DNA of 64,000 bases from Octopus vulgaris (GCA_951406725.2 OX597818.1:111290001-111354000), one strand, 5' to 3'. Positions 15,571 to 28,352 are shown, counted from the stretch's first letter. The notes: generated by a model from the sequence alone, not told the origin. A program made the numbers and translations.

Positions 15571-16065
15571 CACAAACTACGAGAGAAAAAATACAAAATA
15601 GGACAAGTAATACAGAGAACGACCCTTCATCAGTTGTCGGCTATCTCCTCCTCATTTCCAGTATTCAACGACAATATCAATCTTCAAAGACAACTGCTCC
15701 CATAAATTCCAAAATAAAATTTAGGATTTATGGAGGGTCAAAGTAGGGAACATAAACAGGACAATGGAGTCAACGTTCACTATTTTCCTCACGTTCTGGT
15801 CTAACGACCCTCCTTGTTTGTTTTCGTTCGGCTTCCTTGTATGTCTCCTCTATCCTGTTTTTGTTGTTCCCAACTTTATGCAAGGTTACCTCCATGAATC
15901 CAAAATTTTATTTTGGAATTTATGGGAACAACTGCCTTTGAAAACTCATATTATCGTTGAATGCTCGAAATGAGGAGCAGATAGACAGCCGACAACTGAT
16001 GAAGGGTCGTTATCTGTGTTTACTTGTCTTGTTTTCCATTTTCTCTCGTTGTTTGCGTATTTAAC
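15565..16065. repeat. Inverted repeat with ~200-bp arms between (TA)n tracts (probable PLE end fragments)
   Basis: GACCCTTCATCAGTTGTCGGCT..CCCATAAATTCCAAAATAAAATTT mirrored at 15900-16010. Confidence 0.8.
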
Positions 16066-16261
16066 TCGTTTGTTTTCTTATTTCATGTTGTTTACACAGC
16101 TGGTGACGTCTTGTACCCATATATGCATATATATATATAGTAAATCCCCATTCACCCCCCCCAAAAAAAAAAACGAAGAACAAACACAAGAAATAAACAA
16201 CAACGCGAGAACGTGGTACGTGAAAAGTATTAGCAGACGCTCACTGAAGGAAAGAAAGATA

Positions 16262-16296
16262 GTTTTGCGTTTCGAACAAAGCTCTTCGTCAGAAAC
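16262..16296 (-). ncRNA. Minimal hammerhead-like motif (cleavage triplet mutated)
   Basis: Minus: GTTT-CTGACGA-A-GAGC-TTT-GTTC-GAAA-CG-CA-AAAC. Confidence 0.55.
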
Positions 16297-16470
16297 AGGA
16301 GACGAGGAAGTCCAAGAGAAAAGGAAGACAGAGGAAAAAATGCCAACGATCCATACGTGGTTACATTTTGAAATGACACACACACACATATATGTATATC
16401 TGTTAAATAAAATGAGACAACAAAGTCAAGGATGTGTAGAATGTTCAGGACATTTATAAAGTGAAAGTTA

Positions 16471-16518
16471 GTCTTACAGCTGTTTCTGGCATATTAGGGG
16501 TATCCCTTGATCAGAGAC
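16471..16518 (-). ncRNA. Degenerate hammerhead-like motif
   Basis: Minus: GTCT-CTGATCA-..-GAAA-CAGCTG-TA-AGAC; same family as 27253. Confidence 0.5.
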
Positions 16519-16786
16519 GATGGGAGATGGTTAAATTGAGGGAAAAAGTAGAGTGTAATAGAGGGAGTTATCTTGGAAAAGGATGAAAATAAGAAGTATA
16601 AAGGGAACTACGAGAATAAAAGCAAAAATATATGTAGGATGTTGTAGTTGCTCTTCCAGAATAAACAAGAGAGACAGAGACAGGCAGAAGCAAGGAAAAT
16701 GTCCCTTGTATTTGAACACTATGCAAATATTCTTTTAAAATACTTTTTATATAATTCTTCCAAAATTTAATTGTTTTCCATACTTA

Positions 16787-16822
16787 CAGTTGAAAAAGTC
16801 TCAATGAACGAAATCGATACTG
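16787..16822 (+). ncRNA. Degenerate hammerhead-like motif (U3/A8 core)
   Basis: CAG-TTGAAAA-AGTCTCAATGAAC-GAAA-TCGA-TA-CTG; stem II poor. Confidence 0.4.
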
Positions 16823-16894
16823 AAATGTTTTTTATAAAATTATTTTAGCATTTTCTACCTTGAGTTTTTTTTTCCAAATTATATATATATATAT

Positions 16895-17008
16895 AATCCT
16901 TCGACTATCGTGGGTGTTACATTCCAAAACCTCTCACAGAATTAATATCTAAAAAAATAGATAAATACCTATCGGCTTTAGAAACCCGGATATAGTGAGG
17001 GGTTACTG
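16895..17008 (-). mobile_element. Degenerate Tc1/mariner-type MITE (family of 28120)
   Basis: TAATCCTTCGACTATCG..GAGGGGTTACTG|TA. Confidence 0.5.
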
Positions 17009-17042
17009 TACAAGCATATATATAAATCACTTTTCACTCTCC

Positions 17043-17082
<40 letters not shown>

Positions 17083-17269
17083 AGAGAGAGACTTACATAT
17101 GTGCATGTATATCTAGGTGTGTGTACGCACATACACACACAAACATATAATTTGTCTAATAGCAAAATGCGAAGCTACTGCATGAATCCCAGAAATCTTG
17201 GATGTTATCAGTTATTGACTTTTGCACTGGGAAATATGATGAAGGCGATCAAGACTTCAAGACTACTTT

Positions 17270-17485
17270 TGGCTTCAAATTTATGCACAAGGCCAGAAAT
17301 TTAAGGAATGTTGCACCAGTCGATTATATCGATTCCAGTGCGTAACTGGTACTTATTTTATCGGCCCCAAAATGATGAAAGGCAAAGTCAACCTCGCCGG
17401 AATTTGAACACAGAACGTAACAGTAGACGAAATATCGCTAAGCATTTCTCCCAGCGTGCTAACGTTTTTGCCAGCTCACCGCCTT
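17270..17485 (-). mobile_element. tRNA-derived SINE family A (Deu/Nin-like central domain)
   Basis: Reverse complement of GTTCAAATTCCG..GACTTTGCCTTTCATC..GATAAAATAAGTACCAG. Confidence 0.8.
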
Positions 17486-18325
17486 ACTTGGTGACATTAG
17501 GAATGTAAGTGAGTTGGAATATTTTCTTTTGACAATCGAAAATAGGCCGTAAACTTGACATTCTTGAAATACAATGCTTAATTTATGAAACACGTATCTA
17601 TTCATTAAATAATAATCTAATTATTCGTAATATCATTTCAAAGGCTGGGCTGAAGTCGAAAGTGAAGGGTACCTCGTACATAGTGGAACCTTCTTTATCA
17701 TTCTCAGATGGTTGATATTCAAACTCGACTTCGGTGAAATTCGATTCTGGGACAGTGAACTACTTATTCTCCCTCCGCCCTATTCGTCATTGTGCTTCAC
17801 ACCTAATACCCTCAAGCCGAATAGTAGGTCAGTAGTAGAAGATTTTTGGGTCTTTCGTATAGTTGTAGGTCTTAAGTATAAAATGGTACAGAAGATAAAA
17901 GTAATTTATAATTGGGTGACAACAACACAACGCTCACGTATCTCATAAATTATCTTGATGACCTATTTCGTGGTTGTGCTGTAGAAGTAATCGCTATAAA
18001 ATATCCTAAGCAAAACACCTTTTCAATGTAATTCAAATGCACACATTATGTTATGCTCAAACCTAATTGATTATCTGCGAGGTAACAACATCCACTGAAA
18101 ACCAGGATATCCCCAACAAATCTTAAAACTTTTCACTCGAACAGAAGCATTTAAACCATACTCAATTGTAGTCAAAGCAACCAAGATACTATCACAAATT
18201 CCAACCCATCGTCATAGTTCTTGTGGTGGTGGAAACAGTGTAGGATTGCCCCATTAAGCTATACCGTTCGATGAAAGAGACTTTTTCCTCCTCTGGCCAT
18301 GGACAGGAAGATCGTTTCCGGTAAT

Positions 18326-18430
18326 CTGGCAGGGTCATCCAAGGCGGGCAGGGTCACCCACGGCGGGCAGGGTCGCCCACGGCGGGCAGGGTCTCCCAAG
18401 GCGGGCAGGGTCACCCAAGGAGGGCAGGTA
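18326..18430. repeat. GC-rich 19-bp tandem repeat (~5 units)
   Basis: GGCGGGCAGGGTCNCCCAM repeated. Confidence 0.9.
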
Positions 18431-18869
18431 AACGGGGCTCTAGTTACCTGCATGGGGAGCAGCATAGCAGATGTGAAACCTTGGCAGAAGAACTGCCAAA
18501 TCCAAAACAGATCAATGGCCAGGGTCAACCAGTTCAGTCAGAGAAATACGGCGATCACCAATAGACGTGGATGACGATTATACTGAGTTATCGAAAGACT
18601 AATCAAGAATATAGATCGGGTAAACCAAAGTATAACAGCTTCACGTATCAAGAAAATTATTTTGCGTTTAATACTCTCTGCAAATAAACAGCAAACTTCT
18701 CAAATCCCAAATGTCAATACAAAAACTATAATTTCTATTGATAGCAATCTTACACCCCCTCACACCCCCACAACTGTGCCAATCATACATTTTAAAGACC
18801 ATACTTACTCTCCAGAGCGAAGACGTACTTCAGTGCTGCCGCGATAGCGACCCTTTACAAGGGTTAACT

Positions 18870-19095
18870 TTCAGCTCTCCATCGGTTACGACGATGAGGG
18901 TTCCAGCTGATGCGATCAACGGAATAGCCTCCTCGTGGCTGAGCACTCCACAGACACGTGTATCCTTAACGTAGTTCTCAGGGAGATCCAGCATGACACA
19001 GAGTGTGACAAGGCTGGCCCTGTTGAAATACAGGTCCAACTCATTTTTTGCCAGCTGAATGGACTGGAGCAACGTGAAGTGTTTTGTTCAAAGAC
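18870..19095 (-). mobile_element. SINE fragment (family C/D body)
   Basis: Reverse complement matches 57150-57320 (GGGCCAGCCTTGTCACACTCTGTGTCA..GAGAACTACGTTAAGG). Confidence 0.75.
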
Positions 19096-19839
19096 AGCAC
19101 ACCTCCAAGAACCGACCGCACTTACCCACGTGCCTTCACAAGGGTTAATTAAAGTCAATATTAGAGAACTGATCGGATATTTGAGACATAAATGCTGCTA
19201 CACACAAACATTCTAGATCTCATTCTAGAACAAAACAAAAGTAACAGCGACGCATTACTAATAAACATAAATCAATGATTGACTTAGGGACCCGTGATAT
19301 CCTTTGCCTCTTCTTAACTGTAAGAGTTTTCGCCTGTTTGATTTGGCATATTTGACAATATGTTTATCATCTTCAATCAATGAGCCAAGTCAACGAAGGT
19401 GCCTCTACGCGGTTTTATAACCTGATATAATAAATATTTTAATCTTCTTAAAATTGTACTTAAGAGCTCTAAAACCGAATGATTCTTTTAGATAAAGCAC
19501 TCCCGAATATAATGTAGCAGGAAAAAGAGGGAATAGTCATGATTCGAATGTCGATCGGACAATGTACGTGTTCTTTACAGAAAGATGCTGTTTACCTTTG
19601 GACGGCATTCAAACACAAGGCTGTAAATTTCCAAGATCCAGTACAAAAGAATAACATCTGTTACCCTATGTTTGAGACCACGTTGTCCATTCTCCGCTGC
19701 GACCACCACCTGAATCTAAAGAGCATCTGCTAGAAATAGCAACCAAATCTTTCTCTAATCATACTTTAGGCTTCTTAAAACAGCAAAGTCACACTAAATA
19801 ATTCAATGGTAGATAAAGGAATGGTAAATTCAGTTTTCT

Positions 19840-20005
19840 TTTATTCTTTGTTTCAAGCATTTGACTGTGGCCATGCTGGAGCACCGCCTTTAGTCGAGCA
19901 AGTCGGCCCCAGGACTTATTCTATATAAGCCTAGTAATTATTCTATGGGTCTCTTTTGCCGAACCGCTAAGCATCAGTTGTCAAGCGATGTTGGTGGGGA
20001 GACAA

Positions 20006-20039
<34 letters not shown>

Positions 20040-20298
20040 GACGGGCTTCTTTCAGTTTGGTTGGCCCTTGGGCTATAGTAGAAGACACTTGCCGAAGGTG
20101 TCACGCAGTGGGATTGAACCCGGAACCATGTGGTTGGTAAGCAAGCTACTTACCACACAGCCACTCCTGCGCTTTGTTTACACATATACGAGAGTCTTCC
20201 ATCAGTTTCTGTCTTGCCCAAGGTGTCACGCAGTGGGATTGAACCCGCAACCATATGGTTAGTAAGCAAACTACTTACCACACAGCCACTCTTGCGCC
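19840..20298 (-). mobile_element. SINE family B with duplicated head
   Basis: Head AAGGTGTCACGCAGTGGGATTGAACCCG..CCACACAGCCACTC present twice. Confidence 0.85.
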
Positions 20299-20614
20299 TT
20301 ATTTTATCATAGACAATTATTTTATTATAGATTTGCTCCTCTAGCGCTGACTCGGGCCACGACAACAATAGATGCACAGAAAAAGGCTGCACAATGTGTA
20401 CAAACTATGAAAATTGCTTGCGAAATGTGCAATATACTTTTTTACGTAAACACATTCATGCATTCGGAACAACTGACCTGTGGGTCGCCGATATCGTTCC
20501 GTCGACAACCTGCGTTTTAACCTCGCCATTCTAAGAGGTCGTTCTCGAAGTCTTAACTGCCACCACTCCTCTAACGAAACAATAACAAGAATAATAATCC
20601 TTGCTTTTATACGC

Positions 20615-21010
20615 ACAAGGGGTGAAATCTTTGGGGAGGGGGCTAGTCGATTACATCGACCCCAGTAGTACTTAATTTATCGGCCCCGAAATGATGAAAG
20701 GAAAAAATCGACCTCGGCGGAATTTGAACTCAGAACATATAGCCTTAAGAAATGCCTCTAAGCATTTTACCTGGCGTGCTACCGAATCTGCCATTTCCCC
20801 GCCGAATATTTCTTCTTGAAAGAGACACAAGGCCTGAAATTTGGGGAAGGGTCGAGTCGATCACACCAACCCCATTACTTAATTGGTATTTATTTAATCA
20901 ACTCTGAAATTATGAAAAGTAAAGTCAGTCTCGGCGGAATTTGAACTCGGAATGTAAAGGCAGACAAAATGTCGCCAAGCATTTTATCGGAGGTGCTTAC
21001 GATTCTGTCA
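20615..21010 (-). mobile_element. Two tandem SINE family A copies
   Basis: CTCGGCGGAATTTGAACTC at ~20712 and ~20930. Confidence 0.8.
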
Positions 21011-21644
21011 AATCGAAATACACATAAATGGTGGCTCCTAATTCTGAAAAGTCTTCAATTTGCCATTTTACCGATTTTATTTCTTTTGAAAACGAATGCT
21101 TTTCAAGTAATAACTTCATTCGATCACAGAATCTGAACGATCACAGAATTAAAAAAGACAAAATATGCAAATGGCGATTCCTTTAAATTTTTCATAATTT
21201 GCTAAAAACATGTTAAAACGAATTGACCAAGAAATTTATTCAATATTTTCAACCAGAATAAAGGTGTCATTTTAACCTTTCGTTCAAATAAAAAAAAAAC
21301 AGGAAAACCAAAAGCAGATTATTATTCAAAGATATTGATGGAACTGATGTAACCATTAATCAGCTGTCTGGAGGAGAATATAAAATGGCTTCCATACTAT
21401 TCATGTATTTTTCTAAATAATTTTTTGTTGAGGACATCTGCTTATATTGTGACGATTCGTAGACGAGCGAACGAGTAAAATACACCTGTCTTCGTCTTTT
21501 GTTTTCCTATAAATTTCTAAAACGTATTCAGTTTAATGCTAAAATGTTTATATATACATAAGTTGACATAACAACAAATACGTGTGTGTGCGCGCACACA
21601 AACACACGCATTTGTTGTTATGTCAAGTTATGTATATATACAAA

Positions 21645-22281
21645 TCTTTATTGTCCAAAAGGAGCTAAGCACAGAGGGGATCTTTTCGGTTTGAACGGCA
21701 GTTTTTTCTAGCGGTGTCATATGAAATTGTCACCCATAATTATGACCCTAGTATCGATCTATTGCATTTCAATCTGTTTTAGGGCAAGGGTTAGAGTTAG
21801 GGTTAGGGGTGGGGAAAAGGTATCTTTTTTTCTTCAGAAATGTAAATAAACCCAATCTGTTTCTTAAACGAGGAAATATTCATACGGCATAGAATGTTTT
21901 CACATCAATAGACGCCATTGATTGGTTGAAATTGAAGAAAAAACAACAACAAATATCTTACAAACTATAGAATTTTCTCAATAAAGCCAAGAGAAAAAGT
22001 TTTTTTTATAAACACATTCTACCAGTATACGAAGTTTAAAAGCGTTTAGTTACGTGGAAATTATTTTAAAAACTGCCGGTCAAACCAAAAAGATCCCATA
22101 GAGGGGACAAACAAGGTCTGACAAAGGGACTAAATCGATTACATCGACCCCAGTACGTAACTGGTACTTATTTCATCGACCCCGAAAGGATGAAAGGCAA
22201 AGTCGACAACGGCGGAATTTGAACTCAGAACGTAGCGGCAGACGAAATACTGCTAAGCATTTCGCCCAGCTAGCCGCCTTT
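21645..22281 (-). mobile_element. SINE family A interrupted by a MITE
   Basis: SINE tail at 21645-21676 resumes at 22098; flanked by the duplication TCAAGTTATGTATATATA. Confidence 0.75.
21677..22097. mobile_element. Non-autonomous DNA transposon (MITE), ~30-bp TIR, apparent 6-bp TSD
   Basis: GGGATCTTTTCGGTTTGAACGGCAGTTTTT / AAAAACTGCCGGTCAAACCAAAAAGATCCC; flanks ACAGAG/ATAGAG. Confidence 0.85.
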
Positions 22282-22493
22282 CAAGTTATGTATATATAAA
22301 CAATTTAGCATTAAACTGAATACGTTTTGGAAGAGTTCATATTTATTAACTTTTACAAGAAACAGTTTGCCAGTGACTTCGAAGCTTCGATTTGCTCGCC
22401 TTCACTAGACTGTGATTCACTTTTAGTTCTTGATTTTATAACGATAAAAAGTCTAAAACGAAAGCGATATATATATCAACAACTTATAAACAA

Positions 22494-22697
22494 GAGCAAA
22501 AGGAAAATTATTTTCATGCCAATATGCTGATAACAGACTTTAACTCGTCAATTTCTATATATCATTATACACTCACTATAAATACACGTGATTTCATGAC
22601 GACGTGTATTTATAGTGAGTGTATAATGATATGTGGAAATTGACGAGTTAAAGTCTGTTATCAGCATATTGGCATGAAAATAATTTTTCTTTTGCTC
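22494..22697. repeat. Near-perfect palindrome, ~95-bp arms
   Basis: TTTTCATGCCAATATGCTGATAACAGACTTTAACTCGTCAATTTC mirrored; 12-nt spacer at 22590-22601. Confidence 0.95.
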
Positions 22698-22715
22698 GCT
22701 CTGTCTGTCTGTCTG

Positions 22716-22785
<70 letters not shown>

Positions 22786-22849
22786 TATCAATAAGGTAGA
22801 CAGTTACTTTCAAATTTCATTGTATCACAGCTTACGCAGAGTTGGGGTA

Positions 22850-22965
22850 TGGGTCGACAAATTAAGTACCAGTTACGCATTGGGGTCGATGTAATCGACT
22901 TAATTCGTTTGTCTGCCCTTGTTTGTCCCTTCTATGTTTAGCCCCTTGTGGGCAATGAAGAACTA

Positions 22966-22968
<3 letters not shown>
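22850..22968 (+). mobile_element. SINE family A 3' part
   Basis: GGTCGACAAATTAAGTACCAGTTACGCATTGGGGTCGATGTAATCGAC. Confidence 0.7.
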
Positions 22969-23010
<42 letters not shown>

Positions 23011-23169
23011 CACACACACACACATATGCAATATATGCATTTTTTCAGTTTATCTGTAACTTCCACTGGACTGTATCCATCCTTTGCTACGAATCTGTAT
23101 GCTACGGTAGACTGTCTTGCGCATTGCAATTAATAAATGGCCATTATCTTAGCTTGCTTGGATGTTTTA

Positions 23170-23645
23170 TCTAATATTTCAAACTGGTGCAGGACCTGAA
23201 GGAATCCATCCTCACTACACAAAGGAGATTGACTCGAGGAAGCAGATGAGCCATTAGGAGGAGCTAAAGAAACTGAAGTTCCCAAATAGAAGGCTTAAGA
23301 GATATGCAGCGGTATATATATGGAAGAACCTGGAAGAATCTAATCGAGCTCCCAGCTTTGGAATTGAAAGCTACACCAACCACCGAACTTGGTGGCTCTG
23401 TATAGTACCAAAGATCCCATCTTTTCCGTCACGAACAAGGACCCAGTACTGCAACAGCTTGGGTTTCAAAGGTCCACGACTATACTGCATTCTGCCTACA
23501 ACCTCAGAGAATTGCGAGGTGTAGATGTGGAGATCTTCGAAGAGTATCTGGACAAATTTTTATCTGAGATACCAGATGAGCCCCCATCACAGCAGGAGGC
23601 ACAAAGAAGAGTAGCTCCGTTCAACTCTCCCACTTTACTAGAAGA
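23170..23645 (+). mobile_element. Degenerate CR1-like LINE 3' end
   Basis: RYAAVYIWK, NSLGFKGPRL, FEEYLDKFLSEIPDEP..RRVAPFNS. Confidence 0.7.
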
Positions 23646-24048
23646 GTATAGGAAAGAAACTCAAACACTCCGAAAGGCAGTGCTCCAGCATGGCATCAAT
23701 CTACAGCTAAAACCAATAAAAAATTAAAGATACATAAAAATATTGAGCCAATAATTGAAACTGCGATGTTATTCGATGTGCTCGAAATAGCAGCTAAATA
23801 ATCCTTGTATCATTCGAAGTTACTTTAAATATATACAATGGGTAGTAAGTTCCTAATTACATAATGTCTTTAGAAATGTCGAAATGGTCACGTTTGGAAA
23901 GTATATTTGTGATAACAACTTGGACAATTGGGGACGACATGTTAAACAAGTGAAATATCTTAACGTCTGCTTTAATGAAATATATTGCGTGAAGAGATTG
24001 ACGAGCTCTTCAATATTGTGAGCAACTCAATATATTGGAATACTCAAC

Positions 24049-24087
<39 letters not shown>

Positions 24088-24504
24088 TTTGGACATATCC
24101 AGTGGGGGCTGCTTCGATATTTGAGTAAAATTTTATTCCAAAATTTGTTTTAAATCGCTTCAGAATCTCAAAGATATTAATAGCCATGGATGATTAGATT
24201 CTAACAGTTATTATAGAGTATTGTTGTTATTATAGTGCATTGTTGTGCCATTCAAGACACATTATATTTTACAAACGATACACAATGCTTCAAGCGAATT
24301 ACAATACTCTCCTATTAATTACTGCATTTGCTTACTTCATGCCAAGTTTTCAATATTTCAAATTCTGTTTGTAATAAATCTGTAGAAATTCCAATTTTAT
24401 TAAGGGACCCTCCCAAGAGTAAAGACTGATCATTAGGACCCACGATCTTCTGCAGTTATTGGTTATTTTTGTTTCTGGTTCACCCTAAGATTTTTTTTTC
24501 TTTT

Positions 24505-24851
24505 ATTTCTTTTACTTGTGTGTCATTTGACTGCGGCCATGCTGAAGCACAGCCTTTAGTCGAACAAGTCGACACCAAGACTTATACTTTGTAAGCCTAG
24601 TACTTATTCTATCAATCTCTTTTGCCGAATCGCTAAGTTACGGGGACATAAACACACCAGCATCGGTTGTCAAGCAATGGCGGTGGGGGACACACAAATA
24701 CATATATATATATATGACGGGCTTCTTACAGTTTCTATCTACCAAGTCCACTCACAAGGCTTTGGTCAGCCCAAGGTGCCACGCAGTGGAATTGAACACA
24801 GAACTATGTGGTTGGGAAGCAAGCTTCTTACCACACAGTCATTCCTGCGCT
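24505..24851 (-). mobile_element. SINE family B
   Basis: Shared family motifs. Confidence 0.85.
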
Positions 24852-25570
24852 TGTGTCGCATCATGCGCATTAAAGTATATTGTTTTCATCCGAGAACCTG
24901 TATAAGCTTTTGGTCCTTATGTAGTTTGAAGACATCTTCCACATTTCTATTTTATTATTTGATATTCTGGTTCTCCTAGCTTAGCTATTGACTAGTTTGT
25001 GTTCTAATAACTGAAGATAAGTATCAAATATTTTTCCATGGTAAAACCACCATCATCCTAGCTTTGCAGCTGTATCGAGACCGTGCAGCTCTCGATAAAC
25101 TTTTGACATCTTATTTCAAGTTGAATTTTATCAAAAATAAATATTCGTACAGTGCAGGTATACAATATCTACGTTTCACTAGTTTAGCAATTGATTGAAC
25201 AACCAGTCGTATTAATATTCCAGATAGGTATGTTAGCTTCTGTTTGTTCAGAAGACGTGTTGAGGACCATCTATAAAAATATAATCGATTATTTTGTTTT
25301 CATAATTCATTAAATGTCCTTGTTCATGAGTTTAGAGAGAAATACTGTTGAGATAGAAAACACTGTTATGTTTTTCCATTTGGATAATGTCTCTTTGATC
25401 ATCCTGTTGACTTATTTTATCGATCTGAATGAATGGAATAGCTACGTTCAGCTAAGAGAAATAACTTATATACCATTGAGCATTTTTTTTGTCCGACAGA
25501 ATGTTTTATCGTTCATGGTCTGATCAATAAAACTCAATTACACACACACACACACACACACACAGACACA

Positions 25571-25605
<35 letters not shown>

Positions 25606-26099
25606 ATGAGTTGATAAACAAAAGGAAGTGGTGCTCAACTCATTTGGGAGTGACATATATTTCTAAATAATTTGATATCGATCGGATGTGATGGGTCCGT
25701 GTTATACGGCCGCGAAACTTTAAGTCAAAGGGCGCTGAGTCAGACTGTTCCTTTTATGTGACCGTCATGCATACACTTATTTATACTTATTTACACACAG
25801 GACCGTCAAAAGTAAACAGACACCAGTACTTTTGAAGGATTTACTTCTACAAACAAAATAATGGCATTTGATGTATTTAAATATTTAATCTAGGATTTAG
25901 TAGACAGGCCTTGTGCTTAAAACTTAACCTGCTTGAAGCACCGCATAAAGTCTGCACAGATAAAACACTATAATGCGGGCTGTCTATGCACACCCACACA
26001 CACATACTGCTATACTATGGTATATAAATTATATGTATAATTTTTACACGTTTATGCATGTATCGAATGAAGCTTGAATGCTTGATAATAAAAATACGA

Positions 26100-26149
<50 letters not shown>

Positions 26150-26200
26150 GTGTGTGCGTGTGTGCATATGTGTATGTTATTGTTAAACAAAAACATTGTT

Positions 26201-26245
26201 GACAGTGATTTCGAAGCTTCGGCCAGTTAAGACATGGTCAGACGA
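26201..26245 (-). ncRNA. Degenerate hammerhead-like motif (family of 48599)
   Basis: Minus: CTGACCA-T-GTCT-TAACT-GGCC-GAAG-CTTCGAAA-TC-ACTGTC. Confidence 0.35.
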
Positions 26246-26382
26246 TGGCTCAAGTCACTTTGAACAATTATCTTGTTTATGAATAATAAATTTCTTCTCT
26301 GCAAAATTACAGAGTATTCCATCAGATTTAATACAAGATTGTTTTTTGTTACAACTAATAACTAAAATTAAACACACACCGC

Positions 26383-26676
26383 ACGTACGTACATATGTAT
26401 GTACGTATGCATGCATGTATGTACGTACGTATGTATGCAAGTATGTATGTATACGTACGTATATATGTATGTACGTACGTATGTATGTAGTACGTATGTA
26501 CGTACGTATGTATGTGTATGTACGTACGTACGTATGCAAGTATGTATGTACGTACGTATGCAAGTATGTATGTACGTACGTATGCAAGTATGTATGTACG
26601 TACGTATGTATGCAAGTATGTATGTACGTACGTATGTATGCAAGTATGTATGTACGTACGTATATATGTACGTACG

Positions 26677-26710
<34 letters not shown>

Positions 26711-26740
26711 CGTACGTATGTATATATGTATGTATGTATG
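26383..26740. repeat. Compound (TACG/TATG/CAAG)n tetranucleotide repeat
   Basis: Seen directly. Confidence 0.95.
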
Positions 26741-27131
26741 ACGCGCTAAGGTGTCAAGTAATGTATTTATAAAGCTATATGATTACCCTATATTGTAGAG
26801 TTCGTGCTGTCTATCTTTAGTTTCACGCTCTCGTTCCTCAGGTCCTATTTATCTCCACAGGGTATATACAAACAAACAATTTCTGATCTAGTTTTTATGG
26901 CCTTTGAAGATTATCTTTTCTGCTGATTACTTGGTTAAAAATGTGGGATTATATAATCCTTATTTAAATTATTATGCGTTTATATGTTTCTACCTGAAGG
27001 ATTCTATAGAGTTAACTGCTGTGGCAAATTATTGACTCTATGTAATGTATATATATATATATAAATTATATAAAAACCTCTATTATGTAATTCAAACAAT
27101 GATAGATATAGTGTGTGTATAAATATATATA

Positions 27132-27176
<45 letters not shown>

Positions 27177-27252
27177 GTTAAAAAGGACAACAAACGTTAA
27201 GACAAGGCAGATACCTCAAGTCATATACATTATTATTGGAAAAAATTCAAAG

Positions 27253-27306
27253 TCTTACAGCTGTTTCTGGGATATCCCAGTGTATGGTATATTCCGTCAT
27301 CGGAGA
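27253..27306 (-). ncRNA. Hammerhead-like motif (CCGAUGA core) in a (TA)n-flanked solo pLTR (~27170-27640)
   Basis: Minus: TCT-CCGATGA-CGGAATAT..ATATCCCA-GAAA-CAGCTG-TA-AGA. Confidence 0.6.
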
Positions 27307-27631
27307 TAATTAGGGGAAATGAGAAGGGTATAGATTAATGAAATGATGACACAGTGGACAAGAGTAAAGGAATAAGGAGATGAAGAAAGAGAAGGAAAAA
27401 GAACCATAAACGTTCACAGTTCAAATTTCTGATCTTGTAGAAGTCCATAAGCCCTTAGGTTCAATTCTGCGTAAATCCATGTGGGTTAAAGTCCTGATAG
27501 TGTAAATATCCAGATATAGACTCGAACATATCAACGTTCAATAACCTTGGAGCCCTAGTAATCCGTTACAGTAATTAGCTAGCGTGCCTGGTCATGTAGT
27601 TCATCTGTGAACTAAACTCCCATATTTTGTG

Positions 27632-27689
<58 letters not shown>

Positions 27690-28119
27690 TAGTGGGCATG
27701 CAGTAGGGTTATTACACTGACATAGCCCTTCGGCTGTATTGACGGGTGCACGTAGTATTATGCTTGTGCACAACTATAGCTAACTCTAAGTCTGTGTTTG
27801 TTAAAGTTTCCTGTTCCTATGGGTAAGAGTGAAGTGCTTGTCTACTACCAGTAGAAGATCTCCTTCTAAATTTTAATATTTACATAGCGTGAAATGGGGT
27901 GTATGAACCATGTAACCTCTTCTTTTTAGTGTGGAAGCAGCAGAGGCGTGGAAGTAAAACAAGTACTTAATTTTTCTTTGAATCTAAAGCTGTATCAGAG
28001 TCCGTCTTATTAAACATTTTGTTATTATAGGAAGACAGATTAGAGAGCCAGCAGCTAATGCTATTGGGAATTTTTATAAACTGTGGTTTGTTGGGATTAC
28101 ATGAATTTACATTAATATA

Positions 28120-28339
28120 CAGTAATCTCTCGCCTTATCACGGTTCACCTATCGCGGTTTTATTATTTAAGTTTACCTCGATTCCTCCGTGGTGTTGTTT
28201 TGCATTTATAATAAAATAAATATGTATAAATTATGAAAATAATAAAAAAAATATACAGTCCAGTACTGTTTCTACTTTGTGGATCTTCCCCTATCACGGG
28301 GGTTGGAATGTAACACCCGCGATAGTCGAGGGATTACTG
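28120..28339. mobile_element. Tc1/mariner (pogo/Tigger-like) MITE
   Basis: TA|CAGTAATCTCTCG..CGAGGGATTACTG|TA; second copy at 44422. Confidence 0.85.
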
Positions 28340-28352
28340 TAATAACTTTTCA

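Noticed and set aside
21781-21812. Interstitial telomere
   Set aside because: Only a few degenerate TTAGGG units, inside a MITE
26255-26772. MYVRT-type ORFs
   Set aside because: Tetranucleotide repeat translation
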